Source of the DNA: Nitrospirota bacterium
GTDB taxonomy: Bacteria; Nitrospirota; JACRHJ01
Direction of reading: 5' to 3'
DNA: 64,000 nt
Assembly: GCA_963733375.1 (NCBI GenBank)
Contig: CAVTDB010000025.1
Span: forward strand, 64,001 to 128,000
The notes beneath the pieces are model-generated. The model had not been told where the DNA came from and did no database searches. It was given only the letters and a program-made list of their open reading frames with translations. A program made the translations under genes and the position numbers. Shown piece after piece: positions 1 through 10,874 of this stretch (position 1 is its first letter; each line of letters begins with the position of its first letter).

Positions 1-504
1 TGGTTGCCTGGTCCTGATAAACACGCCCCTCTCCGAAAGCGTTTTCGTAAATAGCCTGTGCGACTCCCCATTATAATTCACCGTTACTTTAATATTTATA
101 TTTGTCCTTAAGTGCTTCCTTCTTCTTTCCGGGAAAAGATTTCTTTCAAGGGCATAGTTCAGTTCGGTCATACCGATTGGTTTTGGCAGAAAACATTCGC
201 AGCCGAGACTCTCACATTCCTTGACGACTTCCGTCTTCGAGTTGCCCGATACCATAATTACCGGGATATTTTTATGCCGTTCGCTATCTTTAATCATCTT
301 CAGAGTCTCTATGCCGTCCAAAAAAGGCATCCTCAAGTCCAGTGTTATCGCGTCCGGGGAGATTATCCGGAGGAGCTGCATAACCTCTATGCCGTTTTCC
401 GCCGGTATCGCGTCATAACCAAGCCTCTCCAGAACTATGCACATGCTCATCAAGACATTGCTGTCATCTTCGGCTACGATAAGTGTCTTGTTCATGGATG
501 GCAT
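1..504 (-). CDS. Response regulator receiver + PilZ domain protein (3' end runs off window)
   Basis: Not in the ORF track. Manual minus-strand translation from ATG 504 (RBS AGGAG) gives MPSMNKTLIVAEDD...ITLDLRMPFLDG...FLPKP (REC), then ERRRKHLR...LSERGVFI (PilZ RxxxR and SxxG motifs). Confidence 0.85.
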   Translation of the reverse strand, partial: MPSMNKTLIVAEDDSNVLMSMCIVLERLGYDAIPAENGIEVMQLLRIISPDAITLDLRMPFLDGIETLKMIKDSERHKNIPVIMVSGNSKTEVVKECESLGCECFLPKPIGMTELNYALERNLFPERRRKHLRTNINIKVTVNYNGESHRLFTKTLSERGVFIRTRQP

Positions 505-652
505 TGGCTATGCTCCTAAAAAGTCGAATAAATTTTATCGTAGCCGTAAGTTCCGACGCGTGCCCCCCCGCCACTTCCTTATACCATGCTTATACCATGA
601 ATTAATATTACAGTCAATCTTTTTTTGTATAAAATAGGCGTCAGAGTAAAAA

Positions 653-1212
653 TTATTTTCCTATATAGTAGGTCGCCCCGGCGGTATACATGAAGTTGCT
701 GAAGGTACGGTTGTTTATGGTTATGACGTGACGCAGGTCTCCGCGTATGGCAATCTTGTCAGAAACGAAATATTCTATACCTCCGCCGTAATTGAACGAG
801 GAAATCGAATCGTACATGTGCGTCTGGTGGTCTCCCCTCCACCGGCTGATCTGACCTATTCCTCCGCCCAGCGACAACGTAAGGGTCGAATATCCAAAGC
901 TTATTAAAGTGATAGACAAAGTCCAGATGAAGCAGCCAGAGGTTTATATCCCCGGTGTCAAATTCCTTGTCCGTGCCCGGGTCGGCGAAATTGAACATAA
1001 GCTCGGTGCCGAAATGGTCCGTGAAATTATAGCCTGCCCCGATGCCGTATTCCGGCCCGTTGCCCACGTGTTCGTCCTCGTCCCAATCAAACCCGCCGAA
1101 TATCGGGCTTATGGTGAAGGTGCCGGCCCTTTTTGTCTGAGCATAGGCCGCTCCGGGAATTGATATAAGCCGCGAACAACGCAAGAATTGCAAATAACTT
1201 TAAAATCCTCAA
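653..1212 (-). CDS. Outer-membrane beta-barrel (OmpA/OmpW-like) protein, frameshifted
   Basis: ORFs 759..1193 and 653..919 join: signal peptide, GIGAGYNF, DFVYHF, PYVVAG, NYGGGIEYF, C-terminal AGATYY. Start is approximate (TTG). Confidence 0.7.
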
Positions 1213-1286
1213 ATCAGACCCCCCCCCGTAGTTTTGAATGTCTATTAATTAATAGCAGTAATAAGCCTAACTGTAAAGCCCGGCAC

Positions 1287-1325
1287 AAAAAAGGGTCCGG
1301 ACCTTTCCCGGTCCGGACCCTTTAA
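1287..1325 (-). terminator. Intrinsic terminator
   Basis: AAGGGTCCGGACC-tttccc-GGTCCGGACCCTT hairpin with a flanking A/T tract, downstream of the 1344..2300 gene. Confidence 0.8.
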
Positions 1326-1343
1326 ACCGCGCTCCATTTCCGT

Positions 1344-2300
1344 CTATTTTACGGATTTTTTTACGGCTTTTTCTATCTCCGACTGGATATCGCCCGGCAT
1401 CGCCATGTTCTTCATGAAAGCCCAGTTGCCCGCGTCCTGGAAATAAAGCTTCATCCGCCACATCTCTTTTAAAATATTGACTGAATTGTTCGCGCCGCTT
1501 TTATATATTACCAGTTCTACCGGAAAGGACGGGGCGTGGTCTATGCCCGGGCACGGGTTGGAATTGGTCACGCGCTTTTCGCCCGCTATGCCGAATGCCC
1601 TTGCTTCGGTCTTAGGCTTTGCTATGCCCACGACGGCGACGGCCGCGGAGGGCTTATAGACATAAACGACATGCCACCCCGATGAGGGACTAAGCCCTTT
1701 TTCCAGTTCGTCCGCGATTTCCGAAGGCGATTTAAGCGATGTCGCCGCCGGCACTATCTTCTCCGGGAACGCGCCCCCGCCCATCCCGGTAATAGCGCCG
1801 GATTCCCTCATCTCGCCCGCCTGCCTCTGCTGTACGGCACCTATCGGTTTAAGGGCGGCGGCGACCTCATCGACTACCTTCTGGGCGGCGGCGTCCAGTG
1901 AGTCACCCTGGAAGATAGTCCTGTCCACCGAGACCGGGTTCATCATGGCGACATTTAATCCCTTATCGTCCTCATACAGCGAAAGCCGAAGCGGTAGGGC
2001 AAAGGCCTTGTCCGGTCCTTTTGCCAGTATTTTGGCGGCATAGTCGTCCTTGGTGAAGACTATGGTTTCCGCCTTGAAGCGGCATCCTTCCGGCACGCCG
2101 TTTTCATAGGAGGCGAGTATGGTGAAGCCGGCGCCTTTAAGCGCCGCTTCGACTTTCGGCGCACTCTGGCGGGCGTCCGCCTTAAGGCCTTCAAGCATCT
2201 GAACATAAACGCCCTGAGTTCTTGCGGCGGCAAAACACTGGACCGACAGGGAAAGAACAAACACGGCAACGAGCGCAACCATTAAAAAACGCTTGACCAT
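1344..2300 (-). CDS. Exported protein, probably two DUF302-like domains
   Basis: 318 aa intact ORF with signal peptide and RBS AAGGAGG. Repeated LPLRLSLYE / FPVELVIYK segments resemble DUF302 folds. Confidence 0.6.
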   Translation of the reverse strand: MVKRFLMVALVAVFVLSLSVQCFAAARTQGVYVQMLEGLKADARQSAPKVEAALKGAGFTILASYENGVPEGCRFKAETIVFTKDDYAAKILAKGPDKAFALPLRLSLYEDDKGLNVAMMNPVSVDRTIFQGDSLDAAAQKVVDEVAAALKPIGAVQQRQAGEMRESGAITGMGGGAFPEKIVPAATSLKSPSEIADELEKGLSPSSGWHVVYVYKPSAAVAVVGIAKPKTEARAFGIAGEKRVTNSNPCPGIDHAPSFPVELVIYKSGANNSVNILKEMWRMKLYFQDAGNWAFMKNMAMPGDIQSEIEKAVKKSVK

Positions 2301-2328
2301 AGCATCCGCCTCCTTATGCCCTCAAGTT

Positions 2329-2456
2329 AAAAAACAAAAACCTCCGGCTAAGCGGCGGACATTCGCCCTTAAGCCGGAGGCTGCGTGGCCCCGGATATCA
2401 ACCGGCCCTCGAGAGCCGACCATTCCATCTATATCATTAAAATAAACTTTTGTAAA
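2329..2456 (-). promoter_or_regulatory. Promoter + structured 5' leader + intrinsic terminator (candidate riboswitch/attenuator)
   Basis: TTTACA-17nt-TATAGA, then hairpin TGGTCGGCTC-TCGA-GGGCCGGTTG, GGGGCCACGCAG, then terminator CCTCCGGCT...AGCCGGAGG-TTTTTGTTTTTT before the RBS. Confidence 0.55.
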
Positions 2457-2460
2457 TAAA

Positions 2461-3042
2461 TTAGATGCATTTAATCATGTATAGACAGGCGTTTCCCCTG
2501 ACTTTTCTATCTATCTCTTCCTTGTTCATGCCCGAGCGGCTCGCGCCCTCCGTCGAATAGACGGTCCTGTCGCCGGTTGTGTTTCTGCAGGCGATCTGAA
2601 GTATCTGCGTCCTTTTGTTGTTAATCCTGACATGCTCCGCTATCTGGGACCTGATGGTCTGGTGCACTATGCAGAACGGATGGAGCACGCCCTCTTTCTT
2701 CTTGTAATAAAACTTATACTTCTCGGTCACTTCATGGAAATGCTCCGGCAGTTTCCCCTCTGCCTCAAATACTTTAAGGAGACTCGCCATCGGGCAGTTC
2801 TTGAGTTGTGCGATTTCTCCGTCTATATGAGACCCGCCTTCCAGCATGTGGAGCGGAGATTTTCCGTTTTTATGGTCTTCCAGGAAATTATCGAGGCTTT
2901 CATAGTCCTTCATTTCCAGTTCGTTTGCGATCTTCTTACCGATTTCCGTCAGGTCGAAGAGTATCGCGGATATCATTTTCCTGCTGGGGTTTAAAACCTC
3001 GGTCGCCCAGTCTTTTGTAAGTCTTCTCGCAAGAAGCGGCAT
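2461..3042 (-). CDS. Hypothetical protein with Cys/His motif (V4R-like, possibly metal binding)
   Basis: Start MPLLARR with RBS AGGAG. Motifs NCPM...HPFCIVHQ...IACR...ACLY. Confidence 0.55.
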   Translation of the reverse strand: MPLLARRLTKDWATEVLNPSRKMISAILFDLTEIGKKIANELEMKDYESLDNFLEDHKNGKSPLHMLEGGSHIDGEIAQLKNCPMASLLKVFEAEGKLPEHFHEVTEKYKFYYKKKEGVLHPFCIVHQTIRSQIAEHVRINNKRTQILQIACRNTTGDRTVYSTEGASRSGMNKEEIDRKVRGNACLYMIKCI

Positions 3043-3172
3043 CGTAACTCTCCTGATTCTCCCTAAGTTGCAGTACACAGACAAAACTAACCCGAAAGGA
3101 TTATATAATCCTATACTCGCAGCGTCTAATTAGTTTATTTAATGGGGTTATTAACAGGGCAAATATCAAATT

Positions 3173-3203
3173 AAAAAAGGGGCCATGGAATTCCATGACC
3201 CCC
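3173..3203 (-). terminator. Terminator after tRNA-Arg
   Basis: GGGGTCATGG-aatt-CCATGGCCCC-TTTTTT on the minus strand. Confidence 0.75.
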
Positions 3204-3212
3204 TGATTTTAT

Positions 3213-3289
3213 TGGTGCGCCCTAGAAGATTCGAACTTCTGACCTACGGTTCCGTAGACCGTCGCTCTATCCAGCTGAGCTAAGGGCGC
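3213..3289 (-). tRNA. tRNA-Arg (ACG)
   Basis: GCGCCCTTAGCTCAGCTGGATAGAGC...ACGGT-CT-ACG-GA-ACCGT...GTTCGAATC...GGGCGCACCA, 77 nt. Confidence 0.97.
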
Positions 3290-3389
3290 AAACCCTAAAA
3301 CAAAATATTTCTTCCCGGTACGGCAAGGTGCGGCGGCCGGTTCAAATAGTTTCTCCGCCCCGTCTCCCCCCGTGTCCGCCCCGGTCCGG

Positions 3390-3902
3390 TTAGCTCTTCA
3401 CCCCGCCGGAAAGAGTGATCGCGAACTCCGGATGGTTGAATGCGTGGGTGGACGGGAACCTCTGGAACAGCCAGCCCTTGAAGACCTCCTTGCCGCCCTC
3501 GGTGATTATGACCTTCGCCGCCGGGTTAGTCGGCTCGTTTGAGGCGGACGTGACATTCATGCCCTGCATCACGAAGGATGGGACGAAGTCTTCGGCCTTT
3601 ATGGAAAGCTTCGTCCCCGGGACCGGGGTCTCCTCGCCTATCTTCGCCTCAAAATCCTTCGAGGTCTTCTTGGTCTTGTCCAGCACCGTCAACTTTATCG
3701 CCTTCCATTTACCTTTGACTTCCGGCGGAATGCTTACTGTGGCCTGCTGCCCTTTCTGGGGGAGTATCAGATTGGTCTGGGGCGCCTGCGCCGGAGCCGG
3801 AGCCTGTTCTTCCTGTTTTGCCTGTTCCTGCTTTGAGCAGGCGGAGACGGTTAACGCAAGCAGACCTGCGATTGCAATTGCCGACATTTTCTTCAGCATC
3901 AT
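3390..3902 (-). CDS. Lipoprotein, DUF2155-like
   Basis: True start MMLKK at 3902 (RBS GGAGG); lipobox VSAC; C-terminal NPAAKV...FKGWLF...PSTHAFNHP. Confidence 0.75.
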   Translation of the reverse strand: MMLKKMSAIAIAGLLALTVSACSKQEQAKQEEQAPAPAQAPQTNLILPQKGQQATVSIPPEVKGKWKAIKLTVLDKTKKTSKDFEAKIGEETPVPGTKLSIKAEDFVPSFVMQGMNVTSASNEPTNPAAKVIITEGGKEVFKGWLFQRFPSTHAFNHPEFAITLSGGVKS

Positions 3903-3944
3903 TTCTACCTCCGGGTTTAAATTGCATCTCACTTGCGATTTAAC

Positions 3945-4036
3945 TGGCGGAGAGGCAGGGATTCGAACCCTGGGTGGAGTGTTACCCCCACAACCGCTTA
4001 GCAGGCGGCTGCCTTCGGCCACTCGGCCACCTCTCC
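3945..4036 (-). tRNA. tRNA-Ser (GCT)
   Basis: GGAGAGGTGGCCGAGTGG...GCCGC-CT-GCT-AA-GCGGT, long variable arm, GGTTCGAATCC, 3' GCCA. Confidence 0.97.
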
Positions 4037-4048
4037 ATAAAGCAATTC

Positions 4049-4149
4049 GTTCTTTTCTTTTCAGGTGAAAAGAAAAGTAACCAAAAGAAAGCCGGATTTT
4101 GAGCCCAGCTTTTCTTTGTCTTACTTTCTTTTCCCGAAAAGAAAGTAAG
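4049..4149. repeat. Repeat family A (two A-type hairpins) between tRNAs
   Basis: GTTCTTTTCTTTTC..GAAAAGAAAAGTAAC and CTTACTTTCTTTTC..GAAAAGAAAGTAAG. Confidence 0.8.
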
Positions 4150-4158
4150 GGTTTTTCT

Positions 4159-4244
4159 TGGCGGAGGGAGTAGGATTCGAACCCACGGGGCTTTCGCCCT
4201 GCGGTTTTCAAGACCGCCGCCTTAAACCACTCGGCCATCCCTCC
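4159..4244 (-). tRNA. tRNA-Ser (TGA)
   Basis: GGAGGGATGGCCGAGTGG...GCGGT-CT-TGA-AA-ACCGC, long variable arm, 3' GCCA. Confidence 0.97.
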
Positions 4245-4246
4245 CT

Positions 4247-5569
<1,323 letters not shown>

Positions 5570-5689
5570 CTGAGTCCCGGCGCTTTAGAATTATGGATAA
5601 AATAGCCGCGGCAAAAAAACAGACCGGCCCGGCCTTTAAGGGATGAAATTTAACAGATTATATTTGGTAAGTCAAGGGGTTTCGGCATT

Positions 5690-5720
5690 AAAAAAGGGGC
5701 GGGAGAGACCCGCCCCTTCT
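5690..5720 (-). terminator. Intrinsic terminator
   Basis: AAGGGGCGGG-agaga-CCCGCCCCTT with an A tract. Confidence 0.8.
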
Positions 5721-5727
5721 TCAATTG

Positions 5728-7050
5728 TCATTCAGCACCGTCCCCTGCATCCGCCGCCGCCAAAGCCGCCTCCACCAAAGGAGCGGCCTCCACCGGAGAA
5801 CCCGCCGCCGCTCCCGCCGAAGGAACGGCCTCCGCCGCCGCTAAAAGAATGACCTCCGCCGGGCGCGGCGCCGCTAAACGACCTGCCGCCGCCGCTAATA
5901 TCGGCTTCCTTCGCTCCGCCGGGTTGGAAAAAGTTCTGGGCGCAGGGAGCGGGGGTGTAAAGTGCGCGCCGCCCGCCGCAGGACTCGCCTGGCGGCCGCC
6001 CGCGCCGAAGCTCCTTGCGCCGCCCGTGTTTGCAGAAGGTCTGGCTGCCTGGCTGGCTGCGCTCCGATTGAAGATGCTCCTGGCCCTGTTCGCATCGAAC
6101 CCCTTGTTCCGCCCGAGGCGATACCGCTCCTTTGCAGCGTAGTCCCGCGCGTTACCGGTCTTTGGGCCGGTTGGAGCGACAGAAGTCTTAAGCGCGGCCA
6201 TCCTCCTGGTCTGGATCGTCCTGTCCGCCAGGGTCGTCCTCGCTCCGGGTATTGTTTGAGCGAAGGTCGCGGGCAGTGTGCGCGTCACGGGATTTATGGC
6301 GGTAACAGCCTTCGTCTTCGGGTCCACAATATGGTTTGAGAGAGTTCTCGTTCTGAACCGCTCGTGTGTGAAACCTCCGCGTCCACCCCGGACTATGACC
6401 GTGCCGCCGCTGCCGACTCCGACCACGCAGTCAAAATCCGTCAGGATAAAAAACCCGGGGAACCAGACGCCGCCCCACCAGAAAGGGAACGGGTCCCACG
6501 CGTAAAGGTAGTCGTAATCGTAAGGAGGCGGATAATAAGTCACTACCGGCGGGCCTTCGTCGTAGTAATAGTTATCTATTACTGTCGGCGGGTATCCTTC
6601 CGCATCGTCCCCGTACTGGCTGGATTCCTGCCACGATTTATAACCCTCCGGAGGGTTTTCCCCTGCCGCCTTGACTGGAAGCCCCATGCTTGCATTGAGC
6701 TTATCGAGTGCCTCGGCAGCCTTTTTGGAGTTCATGGACAGCTTTTTGTCCTTAGCGGATTTCACTACCGCGCTGTGGACTTCAGCCACGATATCGGGCG
6801 TGACCGGAAAATCCGATATCCATCCGGATATCGGCGCAATCCCTAAAGAAGCCAATTTGGATTCCGCCTGGACCTCGTCCATTTTGCCGAGCTTCAGCGT
6901 ATCCGCGATACGTACCGCGTAATCGCCCTCGCGCACGAGCGTCTGGGATACGGGAGGTTTTTCTTTATTCTTTGCGGCGTCAGCCGCGTGCGTCAACGCC
7001 GGCATGAAAGCCAGCAACGCCGAAAGCATAAGTAATGAAAGGAGTTTCAT
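5728..7050 (-). CDS. Exported protein with Tyr/Pro-rich core and Gly-rich tail
   Basis: Signal peptide MKLLSLL...AHA and YYYDEGPPVVTYYPPP. An alternate frame at the 3' end gives a GGGRSFGG...GGCRGRC tail (probable indel). Confidence 0.7.
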   Translation of the reverse strand: MKLLSLLMLSALLAFMPALTHAADAAKNKEKPPVSQTLVREGDYAVRIADTLKLGKMDEVQAESKLASLGIAPISGWISDFPVTPDIVAEVHSAVVKSAKDKKLSMNSKKAAEALDKLNASMGLPVKAAGENPPEGYKSWQESSQYGDDAEGYPPTVIDNYYYDEGPPVVTYYPPPYDYDYLYAWDPFPFWWGGVWFPGFFILTDFDCVVGVGSGGTVIVRGGRGGFTHERFRTRTLSNHIVDPKTKAVTAINPVTRTLPATFAQTIPGARTTLADRTIQTRRMAALKTSVAPTGPKTGNARDYAAKERYRLGRNKGFDANRARSIFNRSAASQAARPSANTGGARSFGAGGRQASPAAGGAHFTPPLPAPRTFSNPAERRKPILAAAAGRLAAPRPAEVILLAAAEAVPSAGAAAGSPVEAAPLVEAALAAADAGDGAE

Positions 7051-7157
7051 AATTCTTTCCATCCTTTCAAATCTCGCTATTAATACCTGTTCCTGTTTAT
7101 ATATTATACAATTTTCAAGCCTTTTCCGCAATTGCCCACAGACGTCCGGAGAGCTGT

Positions 7158-7186
7158 TTGACAGCAAATCCATGTGCGGTTAAGCT
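7158..7186 (+). promoter_or_regulatory. sigma70-type promoter
   Basis: TTGACA-17nt-TAAGCT upstream of the 7217 gene. Confidence 0.6.
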
Positions 7187-7216
7187 TGAGATTAAACCTG
7201 AAAAACGGAGGGAAAC

Positions 7217-7498
7217 ATGGAGATTCCGAAAGTGCTTGCGTGCTCGGTAAACGAATGCGCCTTCAACAGTAACAAGGAATGTCACGCCCTTGCCATAAAT
7301 GTCGGGGGACACCATCCCGCATGCGATACCTTCACCAACCACGGGCACAATGCAGGGGGAACCGAGAACATGGGGATAGGCGCCTGCAAGGTGGACCACT
7401 GCAAATTCAACAAGTCCCTTACGTGCAGCGCTCCGGGGATAACGGTCGGCCACCACGAGCACCACGCCGACTGCAAGACCTACATCCCCGCGTCCTGA
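7217..7498 (+). CDS. DUF1540 tandem-domain small Cys-rich protein
   Basis: Two repeats of CxVxxCxFN...CxA..IxVG...CxT(F/Y); RBS GGAGG. Confidence 0.85.
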   Translation: MEIPKVLACSVNECAFNSNKECHALAINVGGHHPACDTFTNHGHNAGGTENMGIGACKVDHCKFNKSLTCSAPGITVGHHEHHADCKTYIPAS

Positions 7499-7559
7499 GC
7501 ATGTCCGGAACCTGGGCAGGCCGAGGGTGGGTGCAAGCCCTTAAAGTTTACGTGTTGCG

Positions 7560-9657
7560 CTATGTCCTGAGGCTGTCTGGAGGCGGGGGCGGGGCGGATT
7601 TAAGCGCCGCCAGCGCCGCCAGCGCCGCCTCCACCCTGTCTATCTCTTCTTTTCGCAGGCCCGGGCCGCCGAACCTGGCCCTGTTGTAAGCTTCCGTTAT
7701 CCAGGAGATTTCAGAGTAGGCCGGGCCGCAGATTTCAAGGACATGGCCGGCGAACTCACGCGGGGTCTGGGCCGCTCCTTTATTAATCCCCTTCTTTTTC
7801 AATACGTCAAGCAGCTTCCTGTAAAAGCCGCCGGGGCCTTTTTTAAGTCCGGGACGTCTTTAAAAATTTCCTCCCGAGTAAAATAGCCGCCCCCACAAAA
7901 CCCAATAAAACCGCTATGCCAGCCATGCCTGCCGCCCGATTGCCGAGCCTGGCTTTGCCCTTGAACAAGTCCTGAAAACCGCGCCCGGAGGGGGTTTTAA
8001 ACGAGCTTAAAGCCTCCCGGAGCCGGGCCGCAAAGTTGATAAGATTTTTTGCCATGCCTGCCTGGTCCCGCAGGCTGTAGAAGATAATGTACCTGTCCCA
8101 TTTATACCGGAGGTAGTCTATAAGGCCCGCGGCCCCGAAAAGCACGCTTTTTTCTTTTATCGGCGCGGGAGGGGTCGGGTCGAACCTGACCCAGCCGGAA
8201 TTTTTTATATACGCCTCCACCCAGGTATGCGCATCCTGCGCCCGTACTGTATAATAGCCCCCGTAGGAGTTCCACTCTCCGCCGTGAAAGCCTGAGATAA
8301 GCCTGGCCGGCACGCCCGACGACCGGAGCAGCAGCACCATCGCGGTGGCGAAATGCTCGCAGTAGCCCTTCTTGGAATGGAACAGGAAGTTGTTGACGGG
8401 GTCCCCGCCGTTTTTGCCGCCCGGCTCCAGCGAATACGAATAGTTCGACTGGAGGTAGTCCTGTACTTCCAGCGCCTTTTTCAGAGGGCTGTCGGTGCGC
8501 CGGGTTATTCTCCCTGCAAGGCCCCTTAGCCCATCCATGCCGTCCGTGAGCTGAAGATAGTAGTCCGCGTCCCGTGCATCGCGGTGCGCGGCGGACGCTT
8601 TTTTCGGCGGATAAAGTACGGAGCATGCGATATAGCTGATCCTGCCTTCCGGCGCGGTGGTTAAGGAAAATGCGCCGGAACGGTCGGTTATCACCGCCTT
8701 GAAATCGCCATTTATTGCGTATGCCGGGTAAAGGGCGAATAATGTCGGGTTCTCCAGCGGTTCCAGCATGATCCGCTGGGTGACGCACCTGCGCGGCATC
8801 GGCCCTGCGCTGCCGAGTATGAACGAAGCGGCGGGACCTTTCAGCAGGACCTTGCTGGAGCCTAATTTATTTTCCCAGGAGGAGCCGTTATAATAATCGA
8901 AGACCTTGCCCCTCCAGTAAAGCTCGGACTCCGGCGGCCTGTCCCCGTCTATCTGCACGCGCATCACGGTGGTCGGGTCGAGCAACAGCTCCCCCATCGA
9001 GCCCAGTTTCACGCTGTCCGAAAAACCGGATATCTTGAGGGCCCCGCCCGCGCGCTTGCTGAAATATCCTATACCCACGCGGGGGATGACGAGGAATATA
9101 GCCAGCGTAAACGCGGTCGAGCAAAGCGTCAAAAGGGCGGTGGAGACAAAGAACTTCCGGCTCATCTTCCACCTGGGCTCTTTGCCTGTCAGGGCCTCCG
9201 ACTCTCCCTTCATCGTCAGCAGGATCATGGCCCAGGCAAGCGAGAGGAAAAAGAGCATGAACGAAAAGAGGAAGCTGAACTCGGTGGAGAGCGCGGTGGA
9301 GGACAAAAGCAGGAAGAAACTTATAATGTAGAGTTGAGCATAGTCCTTGTATTCGTTCAGGGACAAAAGCTTCAGGACGAGAAGGATAACCAGGAAATCG
9401 GCGCCCGCGACTATCAGGGAGCCGCCGACATACAGGAAATCAAAGACCGCGAATACCGAGGCGGCAACGACGATCGCCGCCACAGGCCGTTTTCCGAGGA
9501 CCGGCCGGGCGTACCTGACATTGAGCATGCCCAGAAGGACAAACAGGATTGCAGGCGCCACCATCCAGTCCGGGGCCTCCCGCGTCAAAAAAAGGGAGAG
9601 GAGCGCGGAGAGCGCGACCATCCTGGACGAAAATGCGAGGCCCTGTTTAAATTCCAT
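7560..9657 (-). CDS. Transglutaminase-like membrane protein (DUF3488/TgpA + DUF4129), frameshifted
   Basis: Multiple TM helices; GYCEHFATAM, HTWVE, WVRFDPTP triad; C-terminal QTPREFA...YNRARFG. Confidence 0.9.
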
Positions 9658-10794
9658 CCGCCGCCTCCACGGTTGCCGGCCGGCCGGCCGTCTCCGGCAA
9701 TCTGGCCACGCACGTAACTCCGGCTATGGAAGCAGACGACGCCCAGCCGCAGTCTTTTTCGGGCAGAATAAGCACCGACGGCCATTCGGATAATATCCCC
9801 GAAATATCCCCCTGCCCCCCCTGCTCCCCCTGGTCAAGCGAGGGGCATAAGATCCGCGAGCTCGTCCATAAGGCTGATATAATCCCGGCCATCCAAAACG
9901 GGCCCGACGGCGGACGAACGGCTCACAAGGAAAGCGGGCCGTTCAAGGTCGAAAATTATGTGCCTGATAAAAGACGCGGCAAGCGATACCGCCTCTTCGA
10001 AATGCTCCGCATAGCCGTCCGGCTGACTTATCGGGACAAGGTTGTCTATTATTACGGCGACCGCCTGTCTCTCCTGGGCCTCGTACTCCTTAGTGAGGAG
10101 CCTGCCCGCCCGGGCCGAGGCCTTCCAGTGGATACCCCTTGCGTCCTCCGGGAAAGAGTACTCCCGAAGCGACCGGAGGTCGGTCCCCTGTCCCTTCCGT
10201 TAAGACTGATTCTCGCCCTGAAGGCTCCTGGACAAGCCCTCCGACAGCCCGGCGGGCAACGACCTTATCCTAGGATAGATGGTGCAGGATTCCTCCCTCC
10301 TGACGAGCACGGCCTTCCTGAATAGCCCGAACGGGTAGCGCGTGGCTATTTCATAGCCGGAGGTAGTCCAGCGGCCTCTTTTTGCTATCGTCTCAAGCGC
10401 CTGCGCGTCCCCTTCCTCGCCCGGCCCCAGCCGGAACACGAATGCGCCCGCGGTTTTTGACCCTTCTTTATTTTTCTGGGACACGGCCAAAGCGTATGAC
10501 GAGGCCATTTTATTGTAGATTTTTGAGCTTGAAGCGAAGCGGAAAGGGGCTTCCGGCATATATCTCCGGCGGCACCTTCCTGTCCACACGGATTGACCAG
10601 AGGACCAAGTCCGAAAGAATACCGGAAATCAGCATCATGGAGAGCATCATGGCGACAATAAGGTAGAGGAGGTTGCTTCCGCTGTTTACCGCGGCGACCC
10701 CCACGGCAAGCGTCACCATGATGAACCTGCTCCCAAGGGCCGTAAACGTCAGGCTCCTGCCGCCGTAAGAGATATTGACGGGACGAAGTTTCAT
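9647..10794 (-). CDS. DUF58 family protein, frameshifted
   Basis: AVNSGSNLLYL, TRYPFGLF, and LREY..GED.R.IHWK visible in a shifted frame near 10130-10170. Confidence 0.85.
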
Positions 10795-10874
10795 TTAGAA
10801 ATTTTATCATATAATATCCGCCCCGGTTAAGATATTCTTTGACTGCCGCCATGTCGTAAGCTAATATTTCTTTC
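10795..10874. promoter_or_regulatory. Back-to-back sigma70 promoters, both apparently leaderless
   Basis: Plus: TTGACT(10839)-17-TAATAT(10862)-7nt-ATG. Minus: TTAACC-18-TAAAAT(10801-10806)-6nt-ATG, with extended TG. Confidence 0.65.

Noticed and set aside
112-519. 135-aa plus-strand ORF
   Set aside because: Antisense shadow of the REC-PilZ gene on the minus strand.
3903-4238. N-terminal extension of the 282-aa ORF 3390..4238
   Set aside because: It runs through two tRNA-Ser genes and a repeat; the real lipoprotein start is at 3902.
3213-4244. tRNA genes as integration sites of an island
   Set aside because: No integrase or duplicated tRNA 3' end seen; the same holds for tRNA-Leu at 58813.
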